Positions 10,434-19,856 of a DNA stretch of 64,000 bases are shown here, one piece after another. Position 1 is the stretch's first letter; the number at the start of each line of letters is the position of its first letter. The stretch lies in assembly GCA_021156165.1 (NCBI GenBank), contig JAJNBM010000003.1, positions 1,817-65,816 of the forward strand, read 5' to 3'. Both the position numbers and the translations under genes were made by a program. Under the pieces are notes generated by a model. The model was given only the letters and a program-made list of their open reading frames with translations. It had not been told where the DNA came from and did no database searches. This DNA comes from Gammaproteobacteria bacterium (GTDB taxonomy: Bacteria > Pseudomonadota > Gammaproteobacteria > UBA1113).

Positions 10434-11063
10434 ATGGATAAAATAATCTGTGCGGGTAAAAATTACCTAGAACATGCTAAAGAAATGAAAGATGGTATCC
10501 CTGAAAAACCAGTATTATTTCTCAAGCCGCCTCGCGTCCTTAAAACGTGCGCAAAATGGCAAGATGAATATACGCTACATTGGCCACAGGGCGCAAACGA
10601 AGGGGATATACATTACGAGTGTGAGCTAGTTTTTCTCATAGCGCAAGGGGGCTATTGTTTATCGGCAAAAGAAGCGCAGTCTGCTATTTCTCATGTAACC
10701 GTGGGATTAGACATGACTAACCGAACGCTACAAAGAAAAGCAAAAGATGCAGGCGGCCCTTGGGAAATAGGCAAAATCTTTCCCGATGCTGCCATCATCG
10801 GTCCTTGGCTTTCTTTAGACCTTGTGGATAGTGATGCATGGCAATTTACATTTGACCTCAATGGGGAGGTACGTCAGCACGGCAATAGCGCTGAAATGCA
10901 TTTAAGTCCCGTGGAACTGTTGGTGTATGCCAGTCAGTATTTTCCCATTTGTGCAGGTGACTTGCTTTTTACCGGTACACCGGCGGGTGTAGGAGCGGTT
11001 AAACGAGGCGATGTCGCTAAGCTATCTTTGCAGGAATATAACTATACCGTCGGTTGGCGCTAG
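10434..11063 (+). CDS. fumarylacetoacetate hydrolase (FAH) family protein
   Basis: FLKPPRVL... and C-terminal GTPAGVG..GD, as in the YcgM / 2-keto-4-pentenoate hydratase-like fold. Confidence 0.8.
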   Translation: MDKIICAGKNYLEHAKEMKDGIPEKPVLFLKPPRVLKTCAKWQDEYTLHWPQGANEGDIHYECELVFLIAQGGYCLSAKEAQSAISHVTVGLDMTNRTLQRKAKDAGGPWEIGKIFPDAAIIGPWLSLDLVDSDAWQFTFDLNGEVRQHGNSAEMHLSPVELLVYASQYFPICAGDLLFTGTPAGVGAVKRGDVAKLSLQEYNYTVGWR

Positions 11064-11282
11064 GCCGGGCAGAATTGATAATTTATTGGACAAATTTATT
11101 TCCCTATTTTTTTGCTAAATTTGGCCAAAAAACTATAGACAAGCCATTTTACTTTCACTAATATTCTCTTCAGTTCTCAGCGACCATACAGGCTATGCAT
11201 TTTACGCTAGCGTGGTCCAGAGAACTTTCTTTAAGCACCCATTGTGCATAATTTGTTTGAAATGGCTTCTTAAAACCAATTC

Positions 11283-11714
11283 ATGCGGTGGGTAGAGACA
11301 ACAACTTTTTCTAGGGATGAACAAACGATGTCAAATGAACACTGGGGATACCACTTAATGCTAGATTGCGCTAGCTGCGACAAACCGAACATCATGGATG
11401 CAGCGCACGTTACTGCATTCGCCAAAGAGCTGGTCAAAGAAATTGATATGGTCGCTTATGGAGAACCGCAAGTCGTTAACTTTGGTACGGGTAATAAGGC
11501 TGGATTTACGCTGGTGCAATTGATCGAAACCAGCAATATTTGCGCCCATTTCTGCAACGATACAGGCGACGTCTATCTAGACGTATTTTCTTGCAAACCT
11601 TTCGAAATAGAAGCGGTTAAAAAAACTGTTGCAAAATACTTCAAGGCAAAAGCCATGAAAGTTAATTTTGTAAAACGTCAAGCCTCTGAAGAACGCATTG
11701 CGTTATCTGCCTAG
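11283..11714 (+). CDS. S-adenosylmethionine decarboxylase-like (SpeH/SpeD small class) protein
   Basis: GYHLMLDC...VVNFGTGNKAGFTLVQLIETSNICAHF resembles class 1 AdoMetDC. The canonical ES-H cleavage triad is not obvious. The start is probably the internal Met near 11328. Confidence 0.5.
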   Translation: MRWVETTTFSRDEQTMSNEHWGYHLMLDCASCDKPNIMDAAHVTAFAKELVKEIDMVAYGEPQVVNFGTGNKAGFTLVQLIETSNICAHFCNDTGDVYLDVFSCKPFEIEAVKKTVAKYFKAKAMKVNFVKRQASEERIALSA

Positions 11715-11869
11715 GGAATAGCATGTTCTCAAGTGACGCCCGCTAAATTTTTTTAGTATGGGCGTCCGCTAAAAAAGTAGCACATCATTGTAGGAGGTCT
11801 ATTTGAATCGGAAGGAGTAGACTAATAAGCTATTGAGTTTCTTCCTTCCGCTGCAATAACGAGGCATTC

Positions 11870-12877
11870 ATGACAATTCAAAACAATATAGCAGGGAAAC
11901 TGATACCTATAGGCGCTGCGCATATCATTTCACAATGTGCCATTATTGCCGCGGAACATCAACTAAATACACTTCTTTCCGATCAGCCTATTAGCATCAG
12001 AGAAATAGCTAAGAAACTAAACTTCACCGTAGAAGGAACATGGAAATTTATTCGTGTCCTAGACGCCTTAGAACTGGTAACATTAAAAGAAAATTTAATA
12101 ACTGCTTCTGAATTAACACCCCATCTAGATTATTTTCTAGGAATACACATTACTGATGGATATGCTGCAATAGAGCAGTTAGAAGCCACATTGAAGGGCA
12201 AAGAATCTTCTTGGCAAGCGCATTATGGCAAAACTTTTTATGAATATCTAAACTCCTACCCTGAAAAGTCGCAAATATTCACAGATTGGTGCCGAAAAAC
12301 AGCAAATGCCTGGCTTACGGCAGTTTTTCCCATGTACGACTTTAGCCCTTATAGCACTATCGTGGATATGGCAGGTGGTAATGGCGAATTACTATCCATG
12401 ATATTAACCAATCACCCTAAGGCACACGGGATTTTATTTGAATTACCTGCTATAATCGAGCAGGCAAAGGAGCAATGGGTAGAATCTGAGTTCACCCAAC
12501 GGCTTTCTTACTGCTCTGGAGACTTTTTTATCCACGCACCTACCGAGGGTGATCTGTATATAATCAGCAGAGCATTATTGAACTGGAATGATACAGATGC
12601 TATTCAAATCATAAATCAATGTTATAAGAATATGTCGAAGGGTAGTAAACTACTCATCATTGATTTTGTACTTCCTGAAAAAAGCCATGCTTCTTATTTC
12701 AACTTTGTTTTAAGCGATATAAATTTGTACGGCACAATGCTAGGTTCAAATCGAACAAAGCAAGAGTGGATGGGTCTTCTTCAGAAAACACAGTTTCATT
12801 CCAATTTTGTTTATAACAGTAACGAAGAAAGCATGTCAACTTTACCCATCTGCTTGTTGGAGGCGACTAAGCTATGA
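11870..12877 (+). CDS. SAM-dependent O-methyltransferase (family 2, with N-terminal dimerisation domain)
   Basis: VDMAGGNGELL (motif I), LPAII and DIxxxSRALLNW are typical of hydroxyindole/caffeate OMT-type enzymes. Confidence 0.8.
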   Translation: MTIQNNIAGKLIPIGAAHIISQCAIIAAEHQLNTLLSDQPISIREIAKKLNFTVEGTWKFIRVLDALELVTLKENLITASELTPHLDYFLGIHITDGYAAIEQLEATLKGKESSWQAHYGKTFYEYLNSYPEKSQIFTDWCRKTANAWLTAVFPMYDFSPYSTIVDMAGGNGELLSMILTNHPKAHGILFELPAIIEQAKEQWVESEFTQRLSYCSGDFFIHAPTEGDLYIISRALLNWNDTDAIQIINQCYKNMSKGSKLLIIDFVLPEKSHASYFNFVLSDINLYGTMLGSNRTKQEWMGLLQKTQFHSNFVYNSNEESMSTLPICLLEATKL

Positions 12878-13359
12878 CCGCGGGGCATATTATTGACTTG
12901 GGGATTTTAGAAAATCGTAGCTTGGACAAGTATTGGATCCAAGAAAGTGAAAATTTATGGTTTAAGCCGGTAAGGCTTGATGCAGTACATGGGTATTATA
13001 CTTGTTATTGGTATGCAAACCAAAACTGCTCTGGCGGATATCATTATCATTCAGGAGCTACGCATGGGATTAACTTAAATGGCTCTATGGTTTTTACAGA
13101 TATACATGATAAAGTCATAACTGCCAAGCCGGATCAATATTTCTATATTCCACCCGGAGTAACTCATAAAGCCGACATCATTGTTGATAATGAAAATTTT
13201 CTTTTTTATGGCTCTATTGAAGGTAGTATAATTTATTTAGATGACCACAAACAGGCACAATCGAAGCTTGATGTGTTTGATTATATTAAATTGGCAGTAG
13301 AACATTATCAAAGAAATAAACTCAATATTGCTAATTTAAGCCAAATTATAGTACAATAA
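12874..13359 (+). CDS. cupin-fold protein
   Basis: HYHSGATHG...PPGVTH metal-binding pattern of the cupin barrel. ATGA overlap with the upstream OMT suggests translational coupling. Confidence 0.5.
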   Translation: MTAGHIIDLGILENRSLDKYWIQESENLWFKPVRLDAVHGYYTCYWYANQNCSGGYHYHSGATHGINLNGSMVFTDIHDKVITAKPDQYFYIPPGVTHKADIIVDNENFLFYGSIEGSIIYLDDHKQAQSKLDVFDYIKLAVEHYQRNKLNIANLSQIIVQ

Positions 13360-13370
13360 GATAAACTGAA

Positions 13371-14603
13371 ATGAACAAAAAACTCTCGGAAAACAAAATT
13401 GACCCGGCTAAACTGCATCTTAGAGGCAATAAGCTACGCCAATTGATCAATGAAATGACGCCGCATTTTACGGAAATACGCCAAAAAATCCACATGCATC
13501 CTGAGCTAGGCTACCAAGAGAAATTAACGGCAGCTGTAGTGGCGCATGAACTAAAACAAATGGGTCTTAATGTAGTCACTGGAGTAGGCGGAACCGGCGT
13601 TGTAGCCATTATCGATTCTCGAAAACCGGGTAAAACTGTCGCCTTACGAGCCGAGCTAGATGCTCTGCCTATGACAGAAATGGCCGAATTAACTTACAAA
13701 TCCATTCATCCCGACAAAATGCACGCCTGCGGTCATGATGGACATACTGCAACCCTATTAATGGCAGCATATGCTTTGTGTAACTTTAAGAATAGCTTTA
13801 AAGGCAGGGTAAAACTTATTTTTCAACCCGCAGAGGAGGGTAGTGGGGCTGGCGCCGCAGCTATGATTCAAGAGGGTGTTTTAGACTCCCCTAAAGTAGA
13901 TGCCATATTCGCTTACCATAATTATCCTGGCTTTCCTATGGGGGCGGTGCAAACCCGGGGGGGGACCGTTCTGTCTGGAAATACTAACTTTACAATCACT
14001 GTCTATGGTAAAGGGGGGCATGCGGCAAGTCCAGATCTAAATATCAATCCTATTTTAATAGGGGCAGGTTTAATTCAAGAGATACATGAATTGAAATTAG
14101 GTAATGGCCAAATTATTAGTATTACAGAGATCCATGGCGGTTCCAGTAAAAATATTGTACCAGGTTACATTATTCTAGGTGGAACATTACGTTATATTAC
14201 GTTACTTGATAGGCAAAGCCTGAAGGAGCAATTAACCATTACTATGAATGAAGCTGTTTTGGCTTATGGTGGAGAGGCCAAGATTGAGTTCATTGATCAC
14301 TATTCGCCCACCATTAATGCTGCAGCAGAAACCCAACATGTGTTTAGAATTGCTCATCATTTGCTAGGAAATGAAAAAGTTGTCACAAAACAAAAACCTG
14401 CACGTGCTGCTGAGGATTTCTCTTTTTATCTAGAAAAAGTTCCCGGCTGTTATTTTTTCATGGGTAATGGTGAAAACAGCGCTTCTTGTCATAATTCTGA
14501 GTACGATTTTAACGATGCTTTGTTACCACACGCAGCGGAATTACTGTGTCGTATCGCTATTGATTATTTAAACCATGAAGGTCCAAACCTGCAAAAAGGA
14601 TAA
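13371..14603 (+). CDS. M20D-family amidohydrolase (aminoacylase / hippurate hydrolase-like)
   Basis: MHACGHDGHTATLL metal-binding motif. Full length is collinear with the ILR1/HipO family. Confidence 0.85.
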   Translation: MNKKLSENKIDPAKLHLRGNKLRQLINEMTPHFTEIRQKIHMHPELGYQEKLTAAVVAHELKQMGLNVVTGVGGTGVVAIIDSRKPGKTVALRAELDALPMTEMAELTYKSIHPDKMHACGHDGHTATLLMAAYALCNFKNSFKGRVKLIFQPAEEGSGAGAAAMIQEGVLDSPKVDAIFAYHNYPGFPMGAVQTRGGTVLSGNTNFTITVYGKGGHAASPDLNINPILIGAGLIQEIHELKLGNGQIISITEIHGGSSKNIVPGYIILGGTLRYITLLDRQSLKEQLTITMNEAVLAYGGEAKIEFIDHYSPTINAAAETQHVFRIAHHLLGNEKVVTKQKPARAAEDFSFYLEKVPGCYFFMGNGENSASCHNSEYDFNDALLPHAAELLCRIAIDYLNHEGPNLQKG

Positions 14604-14606
14604 TTT

Positions 14607-15476
14607 ATGATGTTTCAGAGTGTGGAAATACCTTTTAATGAAGGATATATTTATTGTGAAATTTCAGATTATGAAACAATTACACGCACAAGCAATGTGA
14701 TGTTTGTTTTGTCCGGAGGGCCAGGACTGAGCATGCTCAACTACCAAATAGATCCTGTCCTAAAGCTACGCACACAAAATCATTTGGTTTTTTTAGACCC
14801 TCCTGGTACTGGCAAAAGCCGAAAATTTACAGCAAATAACTGTAATATGGAACAATATATTGAATGCATAGAATGTATAAGACAGTTTTTTGATTTAAAA
14901 AAAATAACTTTGTTAGGGGTTTCATATGGAACCATGGTGGCTATAGGCTATAGTCTTAAATATGCCAAAGCCATTAAAAGTATGGTTCTAGTAGCCGGTG
15001 CTTCAAGTTATCATTTTCTTGAAAAGGCAAAACAAAACGTATTAGAACACGGCTCCAAAGAACAATATGATTTATGTAATAAATTGCTTTGGGAAGGAAA
15101 ATTTTCTTGCTCTGAAGAAGTGGCCAATTTTTTCTATATCTTGGGACCACTTTATTCGAAGACCCTGAAAAAAAGCGGGGGAGGGTCTATACTCAGTGAC
15201 AAATTGAAACAGTATGATTACCCATTTGCACTGTTAAATCTAGCTTTTTCAAGTGACTTTTGGCAGTTTGATTATACAAAAGACTTGAAAAATATATCTT
15301 GTCCAGTTTTAATTTTAAGTGGAAAAGAAGACTGGATCAATGATCCCTTTTTTGCAAAAATAATGGGCCGCGAAATTGAGCATTCTACAGTTCATATACT
15401 CGATAGTGGCCATTCAATTTTATATGATCAGCCAGAAGCGTTTTATAGCTTGACTTCAGCCTTTTTATCCTGCTAA
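14607..15476 (+). CDS. alpha/beta hydrolase (proline iminopeptidase-like)
   Basis: GVSYG nucleophile elbow, plus a C-terminal His in SGHSIL. Confidence 0.75.
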   Translation: MMFQSVEIPFNEGYIYCEISDYETITRTSNVMFVLSGGPGLSMLNYQIDPVLKLRTQNHLVFLDPPGTGKSRKFTANNCNMEQYIECIECIRQFFDLKKITLLGVSYGTMVAIGYSLKYAKAIKSMVLVAGASSYHFLEKAKQNVLEHGSKEQYDLCNKLLWEGKFSCSEEVANFFYILGPLYSKTLKKSGGGSILSDKLKQYDYPFALLNLAFSSDFWQFDYTKDLKNISCPVLILSGKEDWINDPFFAKIMGREIEHSTVHILDSGHSILYDQPEAFYSLTSAFLSC

Positions 15477-15504
15477 TCAGTTTGTTAACATCAAAGTATT
15501 ATTG

Positions 15505-16590
15505 CTAGCCCTTCTTTTTGGCGGACGATTTATCGCGAAGCTCTACCACACAATTTACTCTGGCATCTGGGATTGGCTTGAGCAGTCGGCAGGTAACATC
15601 GCTCTGCAGGGTAGGAAAAATAAGATTAGAATTCACGTCCACAGAGAATTGATTTTGCGGTAGTTTTATATTTATATAAGCATCCGCATTTTCATGTCGT
15701 CGATTATTGAGAATGGTTTCTTCATTATTCTGAAATCTTTTATCCGAGCTCTCAATTTTTCGAAGATTAAGGCTGCTATCAAACACGGACAGCCCAGATT
15801 CTATAAACTGGTTATTTAACACAGTAATTTTTGGGGAGTCATAGGTATAACTATCACCGGGTTGTAGCAGCTCAGCAACTTTCTCATGCTTCACCTTTTG
15901 TGGAGAATATCCTGCCCACACATGAGCTTGTGGAGAATATACTGCCCACACATCAGCCGTCTCATTCTTAAATGTAACGCTATATACAACACCCACTTTT
16001 CCAGCCACAGAGGTAGACAAGTCGCTCACATTAGCACAACCTAATGTATTATCACGGTTGATATAACTCTTTCCCTCAGTTAAGCTTAATTCTTTAAACT
16101 CCAACTTATTATTAGCGCCACCGGAATAACTGTTGCGCTCTAAGGCTAAAATTCTAGTAGAATTTGCATTAAAACTTAACGGCTGTTCTATCGTTGCTGG
16201 AGTTGAATCCGTATTTTTAAACTTTATGGAATATTTTCCAGGCTTGACATAAAAACATAGGTTATGTCTTCTGTCGAGTTTACCGATGTAAGCATAGTCA
16301 GCGGATGGGGATTTGATATATACACTTGAACTATATTGATCTGCATCCGACATAGCGCCCCCCACCAGATACCAATCTACAATGGTGTAAGGTTGTACAA
16401 TATACACTACGGCTTGATCTGGCTTCGCCGCATACAGTAACACTGCGTTCTTATTCGAGCTAGCCAACGGTTTATTACTTGCAGGTATTGGGCAGCCAGT
16501 GAGTAATAACGCCATTAAACTCAGATTCAATAACAGCAAAGCCTTTTTCTGTGGTCGTTTCATCCTATCTATCTCTTTATTAGTGCACAC
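15505..16590 (-). CDS. putative lipoprotein (LLTGC lipobox)
   Basis: Signal peptide with lipobox. Contains a 30-bp tandem duplication. Confidence 0.55.
   Translation of the reverse strand: MCTNKEIDRMKRPQKKALLLLNLSLMALLLTGCPIPASNKPLASSNKNAVLLYAAKPDQAVVYIVQPYTIVDWYLVGGAMSDADQYSSSVYIKSPSADYAYIGKLDRRHNLCFYVKPGKYSIKFKNTDSTPATIEQPLSFNANSTRILALERNSYSGGANNKLEFKELSLTEGKSYINRDNTLGCANVSDLSTSVAGKVGVVYSVTFKNETADVWAVYSPQAHVWAGYSPQKVKHEKVAELLQPGDSYTYDSPKITVLNNQFIESGLSVFDSSLNLRKIESSDKRFQNNEETILNNRRHENADAYINIKLPQNQFSVDVNSNLIFPTLQSDVTCRLLKPIPDARVNCVVELRDKSSAKKKG
15898..15957. repeat. 2 x 30-bp tandem repeat inside the lipoprotein gene
   Basis: ttgtggagaatatCctgcccacacatGagc followed by ttgtggagaatatActgcccacacatCagc. 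Encodes VWAGYSPQ twice. Confidence 0.5.
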
Positions 16591-16659
16591 AATTTTTACC
16601 CACTATAGTATACATTAGGGAATAGGGGAGCGGCAAAGTGGAAGAACCGCTATCGCTAT

Positions 16660-17289
16660 TTAAAGCCTGCTTTTCCAGTAGTCCCATGGGCGATTCAAAA
16701 TAGCACGGTGAAGTTCCTCAGCCTTAACAGCCTCTTCATAATCCAAGAATTTTGGCGTTCCAAGCTGCATTGCGATGGGCTGAAGATTAGCATTAATAGT
16801 TAGATAGATTGCCCGATAGACAGCTTCCTTCACAGAACTGCCAACAATGGTGGCGCCGTGACCGCGCATCAATACCACAGCACTTTTACCGAGGGACAAA
16901 GCCAGCGAGCGACCCAATTCGTTGCTTTGTACGAGCATATTTGTCATGCCATGTTTGAGCTGTATATCGAATATAGGGGCACCCTCAGCCAAAAATCCAC
17001 ACATATGATAAAGCGGTTGCAACGGTGTCTTACTAACACCAAAAGGGATCAAGGCAGGAGAATGTGTGTGGACAATCGCATTGACATCTGGCCTCGCCCG
17101 ATAAATTTCGCCATGAATAAAACGCTCCAGTGAGAGCTTCGAGCCATTAGGATTACATGGGTTGCTGTCTAAATCCAACTCCACAATATAGTTTTCTCTA
17201 TCAGCTCCACCAAGATTATCGCAAGTCATGAAATAGTGATCAGATTGGCTGGGATTGCGGATAGAAACATGACCAAATCCATCAAGCAC
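16660..17289 (-). CDS. class II aldolase/adducin-family protein
   Basis: HTHSP motif and an aldolase N-terminal block. The aldolase-like sequence TESIDDLITATRILVNEG continues upstream of the GTG at 17289 without a start codon, up to a TAA. Confidence 0.65.
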   Translation of the reverse strand: MLDGFGHVSIRNPSQSDHYFMTCDNLGGADRENYIVELDLDSNPCNPNGSKLSLERFIHGEIYRARPDVNAIVHTHSPALIPFGVSKTPLQPLYHMCGFLAEGAPIFDIQLKHGMTNMLVQSNELGRSLALSLGKSAVVLMRGHGATIVGSSVKEAVYRAIYLTINANLQPIAMQLGTPKFLDYEEAVKAEELHRAILNRPWDYWKSRL

Positions 17290-17539
17290 GCCCTCATTTA
17301 CTAAAATTCTAGTGGCAGTGATAAGATCATCAATGCTTTCCGTTTATAAGGTCTCTGAGGGCAACCTGGACTTTTCTTAAACCAATGACGGTTATCGCAT
17401 CAGGGGCCGCACTTATAGCGGGATAAAAAGCTAGCATATTCACTTAAAAATGGCGATTATTTACCTTTGATATGGGGCACGGTAGATTTTAGAAGAGAGG
17501 TAGTTTATTATATGATGGTACTGAATAACAACCATCTAT

Positions 17540-18685
17540 TTGAATACAATATATAACTATGAGGACAATAAAATTATGACAATTGCTTTTTTTGTTAGCA
17601 GCATTGGTGACACAGATTTGGCCTTTGAAACAATGACTGCCTTAATAGAGAAAGGGTATACTAATGAATTTTATGCCATTCCTCTAAGCGCAACGGGGCA
17701 AAAACGCAGCCAAGAAAAAGCTATTTCTCCTCAAATTAAGCTCTTAGCCGAGCCATTGATAAATAGTAAAGATATAGAGGATTTTTTAAATAAGCACTCC
17801 ATTGACCGCGCTTATGTTGGTGTACCTTCTGAAAATCAATATCTACCGTTTCAGGTCGCTAAAGAGTTAGCAACAAAAGATATTCCTTGCACCGTTGCTT
17901 ATGAATTTATGTTTTCAGCGCCACAGAACCACTGCTTCTGGACAGCCATACCTGAATTAACCTCTGCAAAGCTAGATTATGCGGTGAGCCTATCCGCAGC
18001 AAAAAAGGATATTTTAAATAGAAATCCGGATGCTAAGATAAATATTGTGGGCCATTTAAGCATTGATAGGGCTATAGCAAATAATACGATGGGACCTATA
18101 GAAACTAAAGAAAAGTTAGAAATTAAGGCTAATGAAGAGTTTATTTTTATTTCAGGCACTACACAGCCTATTAATGTTGATAGCGAATTTGCCTTGGCCA
18201 TTCTAAATGAACTAGCAAGTAATAACTATCCAAACTTGCAAATTAGGTTTGGCTTACATCCTGGTATTCCTGATAAAGAAAGTTATTTAAATACTCTCTT
18301 GAGTATGTGTGCAAAATATCCTCATTTGTCCGCTCAATTTAAAATTATTTTGTCACCCCCAATTGAACAGCAGGTAAAATCAGAAGATATTTTAAACAAC
18401 TCATTTATAGTAAGAGTGAATGTATCTGGCCCAGAGGCAGCCAATGCCGCCGCTAAAATTGCACAAGCCGTGCCTGGTGCGCTACTTAACGAATCTGTCA
18501 TTAAAGGCAAACCCAGCTATTTTCATAGGGAAGGGGAACCGTATTTACCACGAGACTTTTTCTCTAATAACATTCAGGCATTTTTTAACGCAACAACAAA
18601 TAACAGCCCCCACACTAAAAAAGACCTTGATCTAAACGACAGTACTACAGCAGAAAATATGGCTAATATTATGTGTAAAAAATAA
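17540..18685 (+). CDS. hypothetical protein (two Rossmann-like halves, GT-B-like)
   Basis: 381-aa ORF with no definitive motif. The start may be the Met at 17576. Confidence 0.4.
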   Translation: MNTIYNYEDNKIMTIAFFVSSIGDTDLAFETMTALIEKGYTNEFYAIPLSATGQKRSQEKAISPQIKLLAEPLINSKDIEDFLNKHSIDRAYVGVPSENQYLPFQVAKELATKDIPCTVAYEFMFSAPQNHCFWTAIPELTSAKLDYAVSLSAAKKDILNRNPDAKINIVGHLSIDRAIANNTMGPIETKEKLEIKANEEFIFISGTTQPINVDSEFALAILNELASNNYPNLQIRFGLHPGIPDKESYLNTLLSMCAKYPHLSAQFKIILSPPIEQQVKSEDILNNSFIVRVNVSGPEAANAAAKIAQAVPGALLNESVIKGKPSYFHREGEPYLPRDFFSNNIQAFFNATTNNSPHTKKDLDLNDSTTAENMANIMCKK

Positions 18686-18754
18686 ACTTGGGGCACGTGA
18701 GAATTCGGTAGGCTTTAGAAAAGAGGTTGCATTTATTATTTGAATGCGCGACTG

Positions 18755-19575
18755 CTAGAAGGCAGAATCTAACCCAAGTGCGACAATAGTATATAATTTG
18801 AACGGACATAAAGAGGGAGAAGTTCAGATGGGAAAGCACTATATAAGTAGAGAAGTAAATGTTATACCCATTACTGACAAATCATTACAATTGGTTCCAA
18901 CGCAGGATGTTGAAATCCAAAAATTGATTAATATATTACCACCAGAAAATCATCCTACAGGACAGAGGAGATATATTATTACAGGTGGCCCAGGGGCAGG
19001 GAAAACAACGATAATTAATGAACTATCCAAGGAATATACTGTGATTCCTGAAGCGGCCACTACGATTATTGAAAAAGAAATCGCGGAGGGCATTATTAGA
19101 CCATGGCAATTTGATGATTATCATATTAAGGTCAATCAATTAAATAATATCAACCAAGTTAAAGTTCAAAATTTATCTGTGCCAATTGTATTTTTTGATA
19201 GGGGATTTTTAGATAGTCTTTCTTATATTTTGTTGCAAAAACGAATATTGCATCAATATGTGATTGATTGTGTGCAGACTGTGGTTAATGCAAGCTATTA
19301 TGAAAAAGACCTCTTTTTTATTGATAACCTGGAATACGTCATGCCTGGGCCCGCTCGGAATGAGTCACTTGAAGAATCCTTGCAAAAAGCAGCTTGCTTG
19401 GAGAAAAATTATAGGGCCTTAGGGTATAATATTATTCATGTACCTCCTGGGCCAGTTGAAGATCGGGTGGCATTCATTGTGGCGTGGATTAAATTAAGGA
19501 ACCAATTAAAGTAGCTCCGCTAGAAGCTTCATCAGTAAGTTGTCGCACTTGGGGGAAGATTCTGCAAGAAGGAAG
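18755..19575. mobile_element. single-gene cassette flanked by roughly 30-bp imperfect inverted repeats
   Basis: gcagaatctaacccaagtgcgacaa at 18761-18785, and its reverse complement ttgtcgcacttgggggaagattctgc at 19540-19565. Confidence 0.35.
18798..19514 (+). CDS. P-loop NTPase (AAA_28 / NadR-kinase-like)
   Basis: Walker A motif ITGGPGAGKTT. Length 238 aa. Confidence 0.55.
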   Translation: MNGHKEGEVQMGKHYISREVNVIPITDKSLQLVPTQDVEIQKLINILPPENHPTGQRRYIITGGPGAGKTTIINELSKEYTVIPEAATTIIEKEIAEGIIRPWQFDDYHIKVNQLNNINQVKVQNLSVPIVFFDRGFLDSLSYILLQKRILHQYVIDCVQTVVNASYYEKDLFFIDNLEYVMPGPARNESLEESLQKAACLEKNYRALGYNIIHVPPGPVEDRVAFIVAWIKLRNQLK

Positions 19576-19808
19576 ATACTGGTGATTACTATTATAATCA
19601 CCAGTATGTTTAAAGCCACTGCGCGGATTCAAGTAATAAGTGCAACCACCTTTTTTAAGATTACCGTACTATGTGCTAACAGTAAATAGTCGGGGTTTTA
19701 AGTAAATATGGTAAGATTTTTAGTCAGTTACAGATGGAAACGTCGATTACCGTAGCATATTTGTGATTACAAACTCTTTTCATAGAGATTACTGGCATAG
19801 AAACCATT

Positions 19809-19830
19809 TGCGGCGGGTATACGCCCGCCG
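19809..19830. other. perfect GC hairpin (8-bp stem, 6-nt loop) between convergent genes
   Basis: gcggcggg-tatacg-cccgccgc. No U-tract follows on either strand. Confidence 0.4.
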
Positions 19831-19856
19831 CATTGTGAGATTGTCGTAATTTCGGG

